Assembly (NCBI GenBank): GCA_040386535.1
Contig: JAZKFH010000057.1
Span: 13,331 to 77,330, forward strand
Direction of reading: 5' to 3'
DNA length: 64,000 nucleotides
DNA from: Myxococcota bacterium
GTDB lineage: Bacteria > Myxococcota_A > UBA796 > SXON01
This document shows positions 18,276 to 29,617 of this stretch, one piece after another (the stretch's first letter is position 1; each line of letters opens with the position of its first letter). The notes beneath the pieces were generated by a model. It saw only the letters and a program-made list of their open reading frames with translations. It searched no databases and was not told the DNA's origin. The position numbers and the translations under genes are program-made.

Positions 18276-20056
18276 GCCCGTCCGGCATCTCGTACCTGAT
18301 CGGCTTCTTCGCCATCTTCCTCGCCGAGCGCATGTTCGGCGGGAACGATGTCGTCCGCTGGTCCCTCCTCGGCATCGGCGGCCTGCTCGCGCTCGGCGCC
18401 GTCGCGCTGCGCGCCACCACCCTTTCCAAGCACCCCGCGGCCACCAAGACCGCGCTCGGGTTCTACGTCCTCTCGCTCTCGTCGCTCGCGCTCTACGTCG
18501 CGGGTGGCAAGGCCGTGGTGGACGGGCTCGGACTCTCCGCTGAGTCCGCCGAGCACATGCGCACCGCGCTCCAGGTGCTCGCGCCGCTCGTGTGGTTCAT
18601 CGGCGCGCTGCCGGCGCTCGCGATCGACCGCACGCTGAACACGAGCCCCCAGAGCGTGCACCCCCGCCGCCTCCAGACCGCCATCGAAGGCGGCCTGATC
18701 CTGGCGTTCGGCCTCGCCATGTTGTTCCCGATGAACTGGCTGGCGAAGGAGTACAACGAGCGCTTCGACTACGGGTTCTTCAAGACCACCGCGGTGGGCG
18801 AGTCCACCCGGTCGATCGTGGACAACCTGACCGAGCCCATCCGCGTCGTGTTGTTCTTCCCCGCGTCGAGCGAGGTGCTGCGCGAGGTCGAGCCGTACTT
18901 CTCCAGCCTCGAGGGCCCCAACGTCAGCGTCGAGATCATGGATCACGCGATGGCGCCGGAGCTCGCCAAGGAGTGGAAGGTCAAGGACAACGGCAGCGTC
19001 GCGTTCGTGCGCGGGGAAGCCGTGGAGACCCTCAAGCTCGGCGACAAGCTGGACAGCGCCCGCAAGGAGCTCCGCAAGCTCGACAGCAAGGTGCAGACCG
19101 CGCTGCTCAAGCTCTCGCGCGACAAGCGCACCGCGTACTTCACCGTGGGCCACGAAGAGGCCTACTGGAAGGGCGCCGCCTCCGAAGAGGAGAACACCGA
19201 CACCTTGAAGAAGGCCATCGAAGGCCTCAACTTCAAGGTCAAGGAGCTCGGCGTGGACGACGGCCTGGCCCAGGCCATCCCGGACGACGCGGCGGTGGTG
19301 TTCATCACGGGGCCCAAGCGCCCCTTCCTCGACGAAGAGATCAACGCGCTCAAGGAGTACCGGGATCGCGGCGGCGCCGTGTTCCTCATGCTCGAGCCGA
19401 GCGACACGCCGGATCCGGCGCTCGCCGCGCTGTTCGGCGTGCAGTACACGTCGAGCCCCGTGCTCTCCGACAAGGCCTTCCTCCGGGTCACCGGCGGCCT
19501 GTCCGACCGCGCGTTCGTCGGCACCAACAAGTACAGCTCGCACGAGTCGGTCACGACGCTCTCCAAGAACGCCGCCCAGGCCACGTTCATCACGCCCCAG
19601 ACCGGCGCGGTGAAGGAGCTCGAGGGTGAGCACGCCGGCAAGGTGACCGTGACCGTGAAGGGCATGCCCGACTGGTTCGCGGACACCAACGGCAACTACG
19701 AGTTCGACAAGGACGCCGAGAAGCGCGGCGCCGGGTACGACCTCGCGGCCGTCGTGGCCGGGCCGTCCAGCGGCGACAAGGAGTGGCGCGCGGCCGTGGT
19801 GGCCGACACCACCTGGGCGTCCAACACCTTCATCCGCAACGCGGCCAACGCGTACTACCTCGTCGACACGCTCGGCTGGCTCACCCAGGACCCCGCGCTC
19901 TCCGGTGAAGTGGAGAACGAGGAGGACGTGAAGATCCAGCACACCAAGGAAGGCGAGGCGGTGTGGTTCTACGGGACGAGCGCGCTCGTGCCCGCGCTGG
20001 TCTTCTTCGGCGGCATGGTCCGCGTGAACAGCCGCCGCCGCAAGGGGAACGCATGA
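18272..20056 (+). CDS. GldG-like ABC transporter auxiliary protein
   Basis: N-terminal TMs; AYFTVGHEE; IPDDAAVVFITGPK; C-terminal TM. Confidence 0.85.
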   Translation: MSPSGISYLIGFFAIFLAERMFGGNDVVRWSLLGIGGLLALGAVALRATTLSKHPAATKTALGFYVLSLSSLALYVAGGKAVVDGLGLSAESAEHMRTALQVLAPLVWFIGALPALAIDRTLNTSPQSVHPRRLQTAIEGGLILAFGLAMLFPMNWLAKEYNERFDYGFFKTTAVGESTRSIVDNLTEPIRVVLFFPASSEVLREVEPYFSSLEGPNVSVEIMDHAMAPELAKEWKVKDNGSVAFVRGEAVETLKLGDKLDSARKELRKLDSKVQTALLKLSRDKRTAYFTVGHEEAYWKGAASEEENTDTLKKAIEGLNFKVKELGVDDGLAQAIPDDAAVVFITGPKRPFLDEEINALKEYRDRGGAVFLMLEPSDTPDPALAALFGVQYTSSPVLSDKAFLRVTGGLSDRAFVGTNKYSSHESVTTLSKNAAQATFITPQTGAVKELEGEHAGKVTVTVKGMPDWFADTNGNYEFDKDAEKRGAGYDLAAVVAGPSSGDKEWRAAVVADTTWASNTFIRNAANAYYLVDTLGWLTQDPALSGEVENEEDVKIQHTKEGEAVWFYGTSALVPALVFFGGMVRVNSRRRKGNA

Positions 20057-21204
20057 ACAAGTCCGTCATCGTCTTCGCGGGATTGCTCGTGCTCTCCCTG
20101 GGCGGCGCCTGGATGCGCTACACGGGCGGGGAAGAGACCCAGAAGGAAGGCGTCGTGCTGATCGACGCCAAGGCGACCGAGCTCGAGAAGGTGGTCTACA
20201 CCTCGCCAGAGCTCACGGTCACGTTCGAGCTGCGCACCGACGACTTCGGCCGCTACGGCTGGATCACCGTCGAGGATCGCAAGAAGAAGGGCAAGGACGA
20301 CGCAATTCCGGTCGAGGCCAAGGTGACCCGCTTCAAGACGGGCGTGGCGGCCGACAAGGTGGTCGAGGCGTTCGCGCCGATGGTCGGGCTCCGCAAGCTC
20401 GAGAACGTCGACGACACCCAGCTCACGTCGTTCGGGCTCAAGGAGTCCGACACCACGGTCACCATCTCGGCCGGCGGCAAGACCACCACCTTCGAGCTCG
20501 GCGGGGAGACCTACGGCACGAAGGACCGCTACGCCAAGAACCAGGGCGACGGCAAGGTCTACGTCATCGACGACGAGCCGTTCAAGACGCTCAAGTTCGC
20601 CGCGACCCGGCTGCCCGAGCGCGGCCTGACCGCGAGCAAGGTCGAGCAGATCGAGGGCCTGTCCCTCGGCGTCGGCGCGACCAACGCGTCGTGGACGCAG
20701 AAGAACAAGGACGACAAGGCCGCCGCGTACTGGGAGCGCACCGAGGCTGCTGGCGCGGCTGCGTCCGGCAAGGACGAGACCTTCGGCAACTGGATCGACA
20801 AGGCGCTCAAGCTCAAGAGCACGGCCTACGTGCAGGACGGCGAGGCCCCTGCGGAGCTGGTGCCCGGCTTCGATCTGACCGTGCGCGCCGCCGGCCAGAA
20901 GCCGGAGACCATCCAGCTGCTCCAGGGCGGCGAGGACTGGTACGCCAAGTCGGAGTCCACCCGCGGCCTCGTGAAGCTGTCGCGCGGCCCCGCCAAGGAT
21001 GCCGCCGAGGACGCGAAGGACGTGGTCGAGGGCAAGGAGCCCCCGCCCGACGCGCCGCCCGCCCCGGGCACCGCCGAGGCTGGTGGCGCCATGCCGCCCG
21101 GAATGGGCAGCCCCCACGGTGGCCCCCTCGGAGGGCCGCCCGGTGGGGCCCCCGGAATGATGCCGCCGGGCCGCCCGCCGCCCCCGCCGCCGGCCCCGAA
21201 GTAG
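20053..21204 (+). CDS. DUF4340-like protein with a Pro/Gly-rich tail
   Basis: Fourth gene of the Gld-like operon; LTSFGL..TVTI..FELG motif; N-terminal TM. Confidence 0.75.
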   Translation: MNKSVIVFAGLLVLSLGGAWMRYTGGEETQKEGVVLIDAKATELEKVVYTSPELTVTFELRTDDFGRYGWITVEDRKKKGKDDAIPVEAKVTRFKTGVAADKVVEAFAPMVGLRKLENVDDTQLTSFGLKESDTTVTISAGGKTTTFELGGETYGTKDRYAKNQGDGKVYVIDDEPFKTLKFAATRLPERGLTASKVEQIEGLSLGVGATNASWTQKNKDDKAAAYWERTEAAGAAASGKDETFGNWIDKALKLKSTAYVQDGEAPAELVPGFDLTVRAAGQKPETIQLLQGGEDWYAKSESTRGLVKLSRGPAKDAAEDAKDVVEGKEPPPDAPPAPGTAEAGGAMPPGMGSPHGGPLGGPPGGAPGMMPPGRPPPPPPAPK

Positions 21205-21289
21205 CCCCCTCTCGTGACGCGAGCGCCGCCCCTCCCCGGGCGGCGTTCTTCGTTTTGCACGGACGGCCCGCCTGGTGCACCATTGCCGC

Positions 21290-22147
21290 ATGAAGCTCTT
21301 CATCTGCGCCGACATGGAAGGCGCCACCGGCATCGTGCACCGCGACCAGCTCCTCGACGAGGGCGGCGCCCGCTACGTGGCGGGGTGCCGGAGCCTCACC
21401 GCCGACATCAACGCCGCCATCGAGGGCGCGATCGAGGCCGGCTTCGACGAGGTGGTCATCTCCGAGGGGCACGCGCACATGCGCAACGTGGTGCTGGAGG
21501 AGCTCCACCCCGCCGCGCGCCTCATCCGCGGGCCCGCCACCTTCGTGAACAAGCCGCTCTGCCAGATCGCGGGGCTCGACGCGTCGTTCCAGCTCGCGTT
21601 CTTCCTCGGCTTCCACAGCCGCGCAGGCACCCCCGGGGGGCTGCTCTCGCACACGTGGGCGGGGTCGATCGTCCACGAGATCACCGTCAACGGGAAGGTG
21701 TTCGGGGAGACGGCGATCAACGCCGCGATCTGCGGCGCGTTCGGCGTGCCCGTGGGGCTCGTGTGCGGCGCCGACGACGTGGCGCGCGAGGCCACGGTCG
21801 ACCTCGGGAACGTCGAGGTGGCCGTCACCAAGAAGGCGATGGGCTTCAACATCGCGGAGTGTTGGGGGCCGAAGGCGACGCACGGCATCATCCGCGCCGC
21901 CGCCCTCCGCGCCGCGAAGCGCTACCTCGCGGACGACTTCGCCCCCTTCCACGTCGGCACGCCCGTGGTCGCCGAGCTCGAGACGCACCGGCGCGAGATG
22001 GCCGAGCGGATGGGCGTGGTGGCCGGCCTGGAGCGCATCGGGCCCCGCCGCGTCCGCGCGATCGCGGACCGCCCGGACGTGGCGCTCTCGATGTTGTGGC
22101 ACGCGGTGACCGAGGCCTTCCACGAGCCGGCGGGCTGGTTGAAGTAG
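21290..22147 (+). CDS. dppA: M55 family D-aminopeptidase
   Basis: MKLFICADMEG, GHAHMRN, GFHSRAGT, LSHT and GETAINA motifs. Confidence 0.9.
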   Translation: MKLFICADMEGATGIVHRDQLLDEGGARYVAGCRSLTADINAAIEGAIEAGFDEVVISEGHAHMRNVVLEELHPAARLIRGPATFVNKPLCQIAGLDASFQLAFFLGFHSRAGTPGGLLSHTWAGSIVHEITVNGKVFGETAINAAICGAFGVPVGLVCGADDVAREATVDLGNVEVAVTKKAMGFNIAECWGPKATHGIIRAAALRAAKRYLADDFAPFHVGTPVVAELETHRREMAERMGVVAGLERIGPRRVRAIADRPDVALSMLWHAVTEAFHEPAGWLK

Positions 22148-22210
22148 GTTTTCTCCCCGGAGCGCGCCTCCCCGCCGCACGGTGGCTAGATCCGCGGCTT
22201 CGGGGGGCTC

Positions 22211-23173
22211 GTGACCCAGGATCCGCTCATCCTTCTCGTCGAGGACGGGGAGGACGACATCGAGCTGGCGCAGATGGCGCTCCGCGAGAGCGGCTACCCG
22301 CATCGCCTCCGCATCGTGCGCGACGGGAAGGAGGCAGTCGCGTACCTCCACAGCGACGAGACGTTCGCGGAGGTCCCCGCCGTCGTGCTGCTCGACATGA
22401 ACCTGCCGTTTCTGGACGGGCGCACCGTGTTGTCCGAGCTCCGCGGGAGCCCGTGCACCGCCCGCGTGCCGGTCGTCATCCTGAGCAGCTCGCGTCTCGA
22501 GCAGGACGTGCTCGACGCCTACACCCTCGGGGCCAACTCCTACGTGCAGAAGCCGTTGGACTTCGGCGCGTTCCGCGCCGGCGTCTCGGTGTTGCTGACC
22601 TCGTGGTTGCGGCTGAACGTCCCCGCGCGCGCGGAGGGCGCGGTATCGGAGCGCGGTCCGCTGCCCCGCGTGCGCACGCCTTCCGTCGGGAAGGACGGCG
22701 CCGTGCAGGGTGCCGAGATCGTCGTGGTGGACGCGACCGCGGCCGACCGGGCCGCCACGATCGGGGCGCTACGAGAGGTGGTCGGGACCGAGACCATCGT
22801 GGGCCTCTCGACCTTCCGCGAGGTTGCGCAGGTGCTGCAACAATCGGGAGGGCCGCCCCCGCGCCTCAAGCCGGGCACCCCCCGCCTCCTGTTCGTGGAC
22901 CCCGCGCTCCCCGACGGGGACGGCCGGGATCTCCTCCAGGCCATCCGCTATCGGTGCGATCACCACATCCTCATCGTCGTGTTCGCGCGCGAGTCCGAGC
23001 CCGCGTTCGTGAGCGAGTGCTACCGACTCAAGGTCAACAGCGTGGTGTGCAAGCCCGACGACCCCGAGGTGTACCGCGAGACCGTGCGCCTGCTGGGCCA
23101 CTACTGGATCGTGATGAACGAGCGGCCGCCCCGCCCGGAGAGCACGCTGCGGCCGTACGCGACCCCGGGCTGA
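22211..23173 (+). CDS. Tandem-receiver response regulator (Rcp1-like REC plus degenerate REC)
   Basis: LLVEDGEDD, LLDMNLP, GANSYVQKP; second domain LFVDPALPDGDG, NSVVCKP, YW. Confidence 0.85.
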   Translation: MTQDPLILLVEDGEDDIELAQMALRESGYPHRLRIVRDGKEAVAYLHSDETFAEVPAVVLLDMNLPFLDGRTVLSELRGSPCTARVPVVILSSSRLEQDVLDAYTLGANSYVQKPLDFGAFRAGVSVLLTSWLRLNVPARAEGAVSERGPLPRVRTPSVGKDGAVQGAEIVVVDATAADRAATIGALREVVGTETIVGLSTFREVAQVLQQSGGPPPRLKPGTPRLLFVDPALPDGDGRDLLQAIRYRCDHHILIVVFARESEPAFVSECYRLKVNSVVCKPDDPEVYRETVRLLGHYWIVMNERPPRPESTLRPYATPG

Positions 23174-23189
23174 CCCTACCGGCCTGCCC

Positions 23190-24437
23190 TTACCGGCCTG
23201 CCACCCAGGCGTCGTACCCGCCCACGATCGCGTCCGCGAGGTGATTCCCGATGACGTCGAGCCCCCTGGGCGAGAGGTGCACCAGGTCCCCCGAGCCGAG
23301 GCTGGTCTTGGACCAGGTGAGGGCCGAGCCGGCGCCGCCCATCGCGTCGTAGGCGCTCCAGAACGCGCAGCCCGCGGCCTTCGCGGCGGCGCGCTGACCC
23401 GCGACGAGGTTGCCCATGCCGGGGCGGGAGCGCGCGAGGCCGTCCGCCTCGTCGACGAAGCCCTGGTCGAGCGGGGTCACGACGAGGCAGGACGCGGTGG
23501 GGGCGCCCGCGCGGATCGTCGTGAGCGCGGCGGCGTAGATCGGCACGTAGCCGGCGCCCTTGCTCGTCGTGAGCACAGGGTAGCCGGCCTCGTTGCCGCC
23601 GAGCATGACCACCACAAGGTCGGGCGCGCGCGCGGCCATCTGCGTGGCGAGGTGCTCGCCCGCGAACGTGGTGAACGACTTGCTGCTCACGCCGATGACG
23701 CCGAGCGACTCCCACGTGGCGCCGGGCGCGCCCGACTCGAGCACGACGCCGTACATCGGCACGGCGCCGCCGCTCGCGCCCACGGTGAGCGTGGAGAAGC
23801 CGGCGGGCACATCCAGGGTGAAGCGGCGGTCCTCGGTGGTCGCGGACACGGCCGAGACGCGCAGCACCTCGCGGTCGTCCGCCTTCGCCCACACCGTGCC
23901 GTAGCCGGCGCCCGCCTGGTACCAGAGCTCGAGCCGCTTCTGCAGGCGGGTGGCCTTGGCGGTGTCGACGGCGCGGGTGGCCATCGAGGCCCCGCCGGGT
24001 GCGATCGCCACGATGCCGCCGAGCCCGTAGCGCCCCCCGGCCCCGCCGAGGAGGATGGTCCGGTAGAGCCACTCGCCGCGCCGCGTCGCCTCGACATCGC
24101 TGCGGCGGTTCCACCGGCCGTCGTTGGTGCCCGACACGAAGCCGGGCCCCGCGTCGCCGAAACGCGCGGCCAGCCGGGCGCGCACGGTGCGGCTGATGCC
24201 GTCGGCCGCGAGCGTGGAGTCGCCGTAGTGCAGCGCCCGCGCCACGCGCTTGCCCGCGGCGGCCTCGCGCAGGGCCTCGTAGTAGCGGCGCAGGTTGCCC
24301 GGGTCCTCGAGCGCGGTCGGGACACCCCGGGTCGTCGGCGCGTCCGCCGAGGCCGTGCCCGCGGAGAGGCCCGCGGCGAGCGCCAGGGCGCTCAGGAACG
24401 AGGCAAACGCGGCGAGGGAGAGGGCGTGTCGGGACAT
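23190..24437 (-). CDS. SGNH/GDSL hydrolase or O-acetyltransferase (PatB-like)
   Basis: Signal peptide; HYGDS, FGDAGPGF, LGGNE and DLVH blocks. Confidence 0.85.
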   Translation of the reverse strand: MSRHALSLAAFASFLSALALAAGLSAGTASADAPTTRGVPTALEDPGNLRRYYEALREAAAGKRVARALHYGDSTLAADGISRTVRARLAARFGDAGPGFVSGTNDGRWNRRSDVEATRRGEWLYRTILLGGAGGRYGLGGIVAIAPGGASMATRAVDTAKATRLQKRLELWYQAGAGYGTVWAKADDREVLRVSAVSATTEDRRFTLDVPAGFSTLTVGASGGAVPMYGVVLESGAPGATWESLGVIGVSSKSFTTFAGEHLATQMAARAPDLVVVMLGGNEAGYPVLTTSKGAGYVPIYAAALTTIRAGAPTASCLVVTPLDQGFVDEADGLARSRPGMGNLVAGQRAAAKAAGCAFWSAYDAMGGAGSALTWSKTSLGSGDLVHLSPRGLDVIGNHLADAIVGGYDAWVAGR

Positions 24438-24544
24438 CTCGCCGCGCGTAACCCAGGCAGGGGGACGAGCGGATCGGCGCGGGGGAGGGGAGGGGTCGGG
24501 AGCCCGTGTTCGCGGTGCTTGCCCGCGCGCCACACCCTCGCGGG

Positions 24545-24573
24545 TTGACCTTCGGCCGCCGTCCGCGCACGAT
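24545..24573 (+). promoter_or_regulatory. Putative sigma70-type promoter of the 24582-27883 operon
   Basis: TTGACC-N17-CACGAT, 8 nt before the GTG at 24582. Confidence 0.4.
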
Positions 24574-24581
24574 CCGCTCCT

Positions 24582-25052
24582 GTGCTTTCCGTTCGCGCTG
24601 TCTCCACGGGGCTGGTCCTCGCGCTCGTGTGCGCGGAGGGTGTCCTCCTCGTGCAACGAGGCCTCCCGACGGCCGGCCCCGGCGTCGTCATCGCGCCCGC
24701 CGTCACGCGGGTGGCCGCGTTCGCACCGGTGGCGGAAACGCGCGTCGAGCCCGGGTTCCTCGCCCACATGACGGCGGACGACATCGCGCGCGGCGTCTAC
24801 GCCCTCGCGGCGGTGGAGGGCGCGGTCGCGCTCACGGATCCGCAGCGCGCCACGATCGGGCCCCTGCTGCGCGAGGGCGCGGACCTGCGCGCCCGCCTCG
24901 GCGAGCTGCGAGGGCGGCGCCGCGCCGCGCGGGAGGCCTGGATGATCCACGGGGCGGGGATCGTCAGCGCGCTGGGACCCGACCGGTCCGCTCTCTGGAC
25001 CGCCGCGAAAGTGCCCACGACCCCCGGACCCCCCCGGGCGGGCCCCCGATGA
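24582..25052 (+). CDS. Membrane-anchored helical protein (LTxxQ/Spy-like paralog 1)
   Basis: N-terminal hydrophobic segment; TADDIARGVYAL..LTDPQRA. Confidence 0.6.
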   Translation: MLSVRAVSTGLVLALVCAEGVLLVQRGLPTAGPGVVIAPAVTRVAAFAPVAETRVEPGFLAHMTADDIARGVYALAAVEGAVALTDPQRATIGPLLREGADLRARLGELRGRRRAAREAWMIHGAGIVSALGPDRSALWTAAKVPTTPGPPRAGPR

Positions 25053-25570
25053 CACGCGCACAACTGCTCGATGGTGTGCTGGTGGCGCTGCTCGGCGTCG
25101 CCCTGGCGCAGGCCGTGCTGCTCGCGGCGGGTGGCGGCACGGTGCGGGCGTACGTTCCGTTGCTGGGCGCCGACGATCCGCCGGGCCAGCTCCAGGCCGA
25201 CGGCGGGGCGGCGCGCGCGCTGGCGGCCAAGGCCGCGGTGGTCGGCGAGTTCGTCACCATCGAGGACCTTGCGCGCGGGGTGCTCGCGCTGGAGAACGGC
25301 TCCCTCCCGGGCGCCGCGCCGCTCACCGCCGCGGAGCGTGCCGCCCTCGCGCCGCTGGTGCGCCAGGCCGCCGAGGATCGGCTGGCGCTGCTCGCCGTAG
25401 AGGGGGAGATCGCCGCGGTCGAGGCGAGCCTGCAGGATCGCGCGCGTCGGATCGCAGAGACGTTGACACCCGAGCAGCGCGCCTGGATCGTCGCCCAACG
25501 GGACGTCGTGAGCGTGGGCGAGCTCGAGCAGGCCTACTGGGACGAGCTGCTCGCGCTCGGCGCGCCATGA
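25049..25570 (+). CDS. Membrane-anchored helical protein (LTxxQ/Spy-like paralog 2)
   Basis: ATGA overlap; TIEDLARGVLAL..LTAAERA..LTPEQRAWI. Confidence 0.7.
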   Translation: MTRAQLLDGVLVALLGVALAQAVLLAAGGGTVRAYVPLLGADDPPGQLQADGGAARALAAKAAVVGEFVTIEDLARGVLALENGSLPGAAPLTAAERAALAPLVRQAAEDRLALLAVEGEIAAVEASLQDRARRIAETLTPEQRAWIVAQRDVVSVGELEQAYWDELLALGAP

Positions 25571-25601
25571 GCCCGCCATTGAGCCCGCCTGTGAGCCGCC
25601 G

Positions 25602-26123
25602 TTGAGCCGCCTCCGCCTCGCCGCGCTCGTGGGCGCCCTCGCGCTCAACGTCCTCCTGGCGCTGGTCCCGGCGCGCCCCGCGCTCGCCTGGATCCACCCG
25701 GTCGCGCCCCCGCTCACGCACATCCCGGAGATGGGCGAGTCCGTCCTCGGCGCGTCCGCGGTCAGCAGCGCCGCGCCGGGCGCCCACGGCCACCATCCCC
25801 CCGGCCCGCCGGGCAACCATCCCCCCGGCCCCCCGCCCCTCCGCGGCCTCGCTGGGACCGTCGACTCGCTCGTGCGCGCCGTCGGCACCCCCGCCCAGCA
25901 GGCCGCGCTCGGCGAGCTGCGCGTGCTGGACCAGGCCGTGCTGCCCCACGCCCGCCGCGCGAGGACGCTGCGCCTCGCCGTGGAGGCCGACGCTGTCGCG
26001 ATCGCAGAGGCGCTGGGCCCCGCGCGGGTGGGCGCCATCCTCGCGGACAAGGACGGCCTCTCCACGCGCATCGGGGAGGGGCGGGCCTGGGCGGCCGCCA
26101 TCGAGCGGGTGGCGCGCCCATGA
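25602..26123 (+). CDS. Secreted helical protein with a His/Pro-rich linker (paralog 3)
   Basis: Signal-like N-terminus; HGHHPPGPPGNHPPGPPP; IAEALGPARV resembles the C-termini of paralogs 1 and 2. Confidence 0.6.
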   Translation: MSRLRLAALVGALALNVLLALVPARPALAWIHPVAPPLTHIPEMGESVLGASAVSSAAPGAHGHHPPGPPGNHPPGPPPLRGLAGTVDSLVRAVGTPAQQAALGELRVLDQAVLPHARRARTLRLAVEADAVAIAEALGPARVGAILADKDGLSTRIGEGRAWAAAIERVARP

Positions 26124-27883
26124 TCCGGATCGCCCGCATGGGTCCGCCGCTCCTGCTCGTCGCGCTCGCCTTCCTCCCGCTCCTCGGCACGCTCGGGCAG
26201 CCCGGGAGCTTCATCGGCGATCCGCTCGGCGAGCTGCCGGTGAAGGTGTGGGTGTTCGAAAGTTTTGCCCGCATCGGCCTGCTCGGCGGGACGATGGACG
26301 TCGCCGGCTACCCGAACCTCGGCCCGCTCAACAACCCCGACCCGACGGGCACCCTCGTCACGATGGTCCTGCGCCCGCTCGTGGGCCGCGTGATGGCGTA
26401 CAACCTGCTCGTGGTGGGCCAGCTCGCGGCGTCCATGCTCGCGGCGTGGGCGCTGGCCCGCGCGCTCGTCTCCGACGCCACCGCCGCCCTCGTCGCGGGC
26501 GTCGTGTTCGGCCTCTCCCCGCTGGTGCTCGCCTACGCGGTGACCGGCGCCGTCACCGACATCCTCAACCTGTGGCCGTACCCGCTCGCCATCCTCGGCT
26601 TCCTCCGCGCCGTGCGGGCCACGAACCACCACCGCGTCGTCACCTGGGGACTGTTCGGTGGTGCGATGGCGGGCCTCGGGTTCGTGACCTGCCCCTACAA
26701 CTTCGTCGTCTTCGCGTCGATGCTCCTACCGGCGGCGGTGCTGCTTCCGTTCGCGCTCTGGAAAACTGAAAGCGCGACTCGGCGGACGGCAGTCGTGGCG
26801 ATCGTCGCGATGGGGCTTGCGCTCGCCGTGGTCGGCGGAGGGGGTGCGCTCTACATCCGGGGGATCATGGACGCCCCGGACAGCCAGATGTCGGCGGCCG
26901 CGGTCACCGCCACCCGCCACGCGCCGCCCTACCCCTACCTAGTCCCCGGCCACCGGGATCGTTACGTCGCCTACCTCGCCGACTACGTCGCGATCGACAA
27001 GGGCGCGCTGATCGAGCGGACCACCGCCGCGCGCTTCTACCGGGCGTTCGCGCCGGGCGCCGTCGCCATCGGGCTCGCGTTGGTCGGGCTGCTCGTGGCG
27101 CCCCGTCGGCGGGCGGCGGCGGGCTGGGCGGGCGTGGCGTTGTTCTGCGCCGTGGCCTCGACCGGGCCCTTCCTGCCGGTCACAGGGAGGCTCGCGTTCG
27201 ACACGCCGGTGAACGTGGCGTGGCTCCTCACCCAGCACGTGCTGCCCGGCGGCGACGTGATCCTCGAGCCGTTCCGGTACGCGCTCGCCGCCTCGCTCGC
27301 GCTCGCCATGGCCTCCGCGTACGGCGCGGCCGCCCTCACCCGGCGCCTCGGGGTGGCCGGCCCCGCGCTCGGCGTGGTCCTCCCGTTGCTCGTGCTGGTC
27401 GAGGTCGCGGCGGTGTCGCCGACGCCCTGGCCCGTCCCGACCGGCCCGCTCGACGCCCCGACGATCTACACCGAGCTCGACCGCTACCTGCCGCCCGGGC
27501 CGATCCTGGAGCTGCCCTACTTCGACCACGGCTCCGACCGCTTCTACCGCGAGCACTTCTTCCACCAGCTCCTGCACGGCCGGCCCATCGCCAACGAGGT
27601 CATCGGATTCGCGCCGCGCTACCTCACCGAGAACCAGTTCACGGCGAAGCTCCTCGGTATCGAGAAGCGCACCGGCGGCCTCAGGGTGACGGTCACCGCG
27701 CCCGACAAGGTGGAGGCCGATCGCGTTCGCCTCACGACGGACGGCTTCGTCGGCATCGTCGTGGACCCGCGCGGGTACGCCTCGCCGGCGCTGCTCGGGC
27801 AGGTCGAGACGCTGCTCACCCCGTTCGGGCCGCCGACCCGGGCGGGCGGGCGGTGGATCTACCCGCTCGCGCCGAGGCGGTGA
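26120..27883 (+). CDS. Polytopic membrane protein, probable GT-C fold glycosyltransferase
   Basis: About 12 TM; YPNLG, AYNLL and GVVFGLSP motifs; periplasmic C-domain ILELP..HGRPIAN. Confidence 0.65.
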   Translation: MIRIARMGPPLLLVALAFLPLLGTLGQPGSFIGDPLGELPVKVWVFESFARIGLLGGTMDVAGYPNLGPLNNPDPTGTLVTMVLRPLVGRVMAYNLLVVGQLAASMLAAWALARALVSDATAALVAGVVFGLSPLVLAYAVTGAVTDILNLWPYPLAILGFLRAVRATNHHRVVTWGLFGGAMAGLGFVTCPYNFVVFASMLLPAAVLLPFALWKTESATRRTAVVAIVAMGLALAVVGGGGALYIRGIMDAPDSQMSAAAVTATRHAPPYPYLVPGHRDRYVAYLADYVAIDKGALIERTTAARFYRAFAPGAVAIGLALVGLLVAPRRRAAAGWAGVALFCAVASTGPFLPVTGRLAFDTPVNVAWLLTQHVLPGGDVILEPFRYALAASLALAMASAYGAAALTRRLGVAGPALGVVLPLLVLVEVAAVSPTPWPVPTGPLDAPTIYTELDRYLPPGPILELPYFDHGSDRFYREHFFHQLLHGRPIANEVIGFAPRYLTENQFTAKLLGIEKRTGGLRVTVTAPDKVEADRVRLTTDGFVGIVVDPRGYASPALLGQVETLLTPFGPPTRAGGRWIYPLAPRR

Positions 27884-27905
27884 GGGCGAGCGGTTAGCCT
27901 CGCGC

Positions 27906-28952
<1,047 letters not shown>

Positions 28953-28978
28953 ACCGGTCGTTCCTGTACACTGGTCGC

Positions 28979-29617
28979 ATGTGGAAAGTGGTCGTCGCGG
29001 TGGTGGTGCTCGTCGGGCTCGTCGCCTGCGCAGGGTTGCTCGGCGCGGGCTTCTACGGCTACACCGGGTACCGGGCGGACCGGGAGGCCGCGCTGCTCGT
29101 CGAGGCCTCCGCGGCCGCGAGCGCCGCCGAGGCCGCCGCCGAGATGGGCCGGGTGGACGCCACGCGCACCGATGGCCTCCTCGAGGCCCGCGCCGCCTAC
29201 CTCGCCGGGGACCACACGCGCGCGGTCGACGCGTTCTCTGCCGTCCTCGAGGTCGACCCGTCCTCCGCCGAGGCCCGGCTCGGCCGCGGCCGCAGCTACG
29301 CGCGCCTGGAGCGGCTCGACCTCGCCGAGCAGGACCTGCGCCAGAGCACGCGCGAGGATCCCACCAACCGCGAGGGTTGGGAGAGCCTCGCGTGGGTGCT
29401 CACCCAGAGCGGGCGCGACACGGAGGCGGTCGACGCGCTCGATCGCCTCGTCGCGCTCGACGGCGAGAACCCGAAGCCCCTCCGCGACCGCGCGAACGCC
29501 CGCTACCGCACCGGCGACATCGCCGGGGCCCGCGAGGACGCCCGCCGGGCCTGCACGCTCGGGCTCGCGGACGGGTGCACGTTGGAGGAGAAGATCGTGG
29601 CGGCGACGGGGCGGTAG
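28979..29617 (+). CDS. TPR-repeat membrane-anchored protein
   Basis: N-terminal TM; TPR pattern; C-terminal ACTLGLADGC. Confidence 0.8.
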   Translation: MWKVVVAVVVLVGLVACAGLLGAGFYGYTGYRADREAALLVEASAAASAAEAAAEMGRVDATRTDGLLEARAAYLAGDHTRAVDAFSAVLEVDPSSAEARLGRGRSYARLERLDLAEQDLRQSTREDPTNREGWESLAWVLTQSGRDTEAVDALDRLVALDGENPKPLRDRANARYRTGDIAGAREDARRACTLGLADGCTLEEKIVAATGR

